Shown: in pieces, positions 63,506-64,000 of the stretch
Position numbering within the stretch: position 1 is the first letter of the stretch
How the letters are laid out: each line of letters opens with the position of its first letter
Source of the DNA: an uncultured Collinsella sp.
Lineage (GTDB): Bacteria > Actinomycetota > Coriobacteriia > Coriobacteriales > Coriobacteriaceae
NCBI GenBank assembly: GCA_902406375.1
Contig: CABPDL010000003.1
Coordinates: 12,125-76,124, forward strand
Direction: 5' to 3'
Length of the DNA: 64,000 bases
Position numbers and translations under genes: made by a program
Notes under the pieces: generated by a model
The model's input: only the letters and a program-made list of their open reading frames with translations
What the model was told of the DNA's origin: nothing
The model's database searches: none

Positions 63506-64000
63506 ATGCTTGATCGCCGTTCGTTACTTGTCGCCGGAGCGTCCTCGTTAGCGAGCATTATGATGCCGCGCGTGCCGGGAAGCGCAAACGCCTTCATATT
63601 GCCGTTCGCACCCACCGAAGCCCATGCCGACGAAAAAGACCCCTTCAGGGTGCTCGTTCTCTCGCGCACCATGTTCGGTGTGGTCGTGGTCGACGTCGCC
63701 AACAAGAATACGCCCATCACGGGTGCCCAGGTCACACTCACATCGCGCTATGCCGCAGGCAAGCAGCTCACCGCCACGACCGATGACGAGGGCACGGCCA
63801 TCTTTGAGGTCGCGCCGCTTTCGGAAGGCTACGTGGACGAGGCAACGCTCCTTGACGCGTACGACTTTAACGGCGGCATCTCCATTAGCATGGCGGGCTA
63901 CCGCGATGTCGAGATTCCCCTCGCGCGCGTCCAAGGCGGCACCGCTATAACCGCGCCCACGCGTCCGCTTTCCGACGGCGAGCCGTACTTCCGCCAGCTC
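63506..64000 (+). CDS. Secreted protein with a twin-arginine-like signal peptide, N-terminal fragment (3' end outside the window)
   Basis: Not in the ORF track because there is no stop before the window end. ATG 63506 after GGGAG (63494-98). MLDRRSLLVAGASSLASIMMPRVPGSANA..., then a beta-sandwich-like segment VVVVDVANKNTPITGAQVTLTS...TTDDEGTAIFEV reminiscent of CarboxypepD_reg/Cna-B-type domains. Confidence 0.6.
   Translation, partial: MLDRRSLLVAGASSLASIMMPRVPGSANAFILPFAPTEAHADEKDPFRVLVLSRTMFGVVVVDVANKNTPITGAQVTLTSRYAAGKQLTATTDDEGTAIFEVAPLSEGYVDEATLLDAYDFNGGISISMAGYRDVEIPLARVQGGTAITAPTRPLSDGEPYFRQL

Overview
High-GC (about 60%) chromosomal segment that looks actinobacterial. A Coriobacteriia or Collinsella-like origin is my inference only, from codon usage, GGAGG-type ribosome-binding sites (RBSs) and an LAXTG sorting signal. 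I support about 57 protein-coding genes. Most are housekeeping or accessory: transporters, a TPP-riboswitch-controlled thiM/thiE operon, prfC, ung, several rRNA/tRNA modification enzymes, two c-di-GMP turnover proteins, and LysR, GntR, LuxR and two-component regulators. I found no rRNA, tRNA, CRISPR array, transposase, integrase or phage genes. Many long ORFs in the supplied track are antisense shadow ORFs typical of high-GC DNA, or 5' over-extensions. Start codons were re-picked using RBS position and protein-family N-termini. The observations most worth a second look:
- A 300-bp array of eight 14-16-nt motifs in strictly alternating orientation with an 80-bp phase (39011-39310).
- A membrane thiol-redox operon that includes a 48-codon CXXC ORF missing from the ORF track. 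It sits beside a MacB-like ABC exporter and a two-component system (54815-62277).
- A tandem 2.04-kb duplication of a sortase-anchored beta-helix surface-protein cassette (230-4325).
- A bipartite 13+13-nt motif placed 61-62 nt upstream of three secreted-protein genes, one of them next to a LuxR regulator.
- Two paralogous ORC/Cdc6-like ATPase-wHTH genes bracketing a UvrA paralog and neighbouring a Tet(M)-like GTPase.
- Several families of palindromic intergenic repeats, one of which supplies or abuts stop codons.

All protein calls rest on motif recognition by eye; no database search was run.
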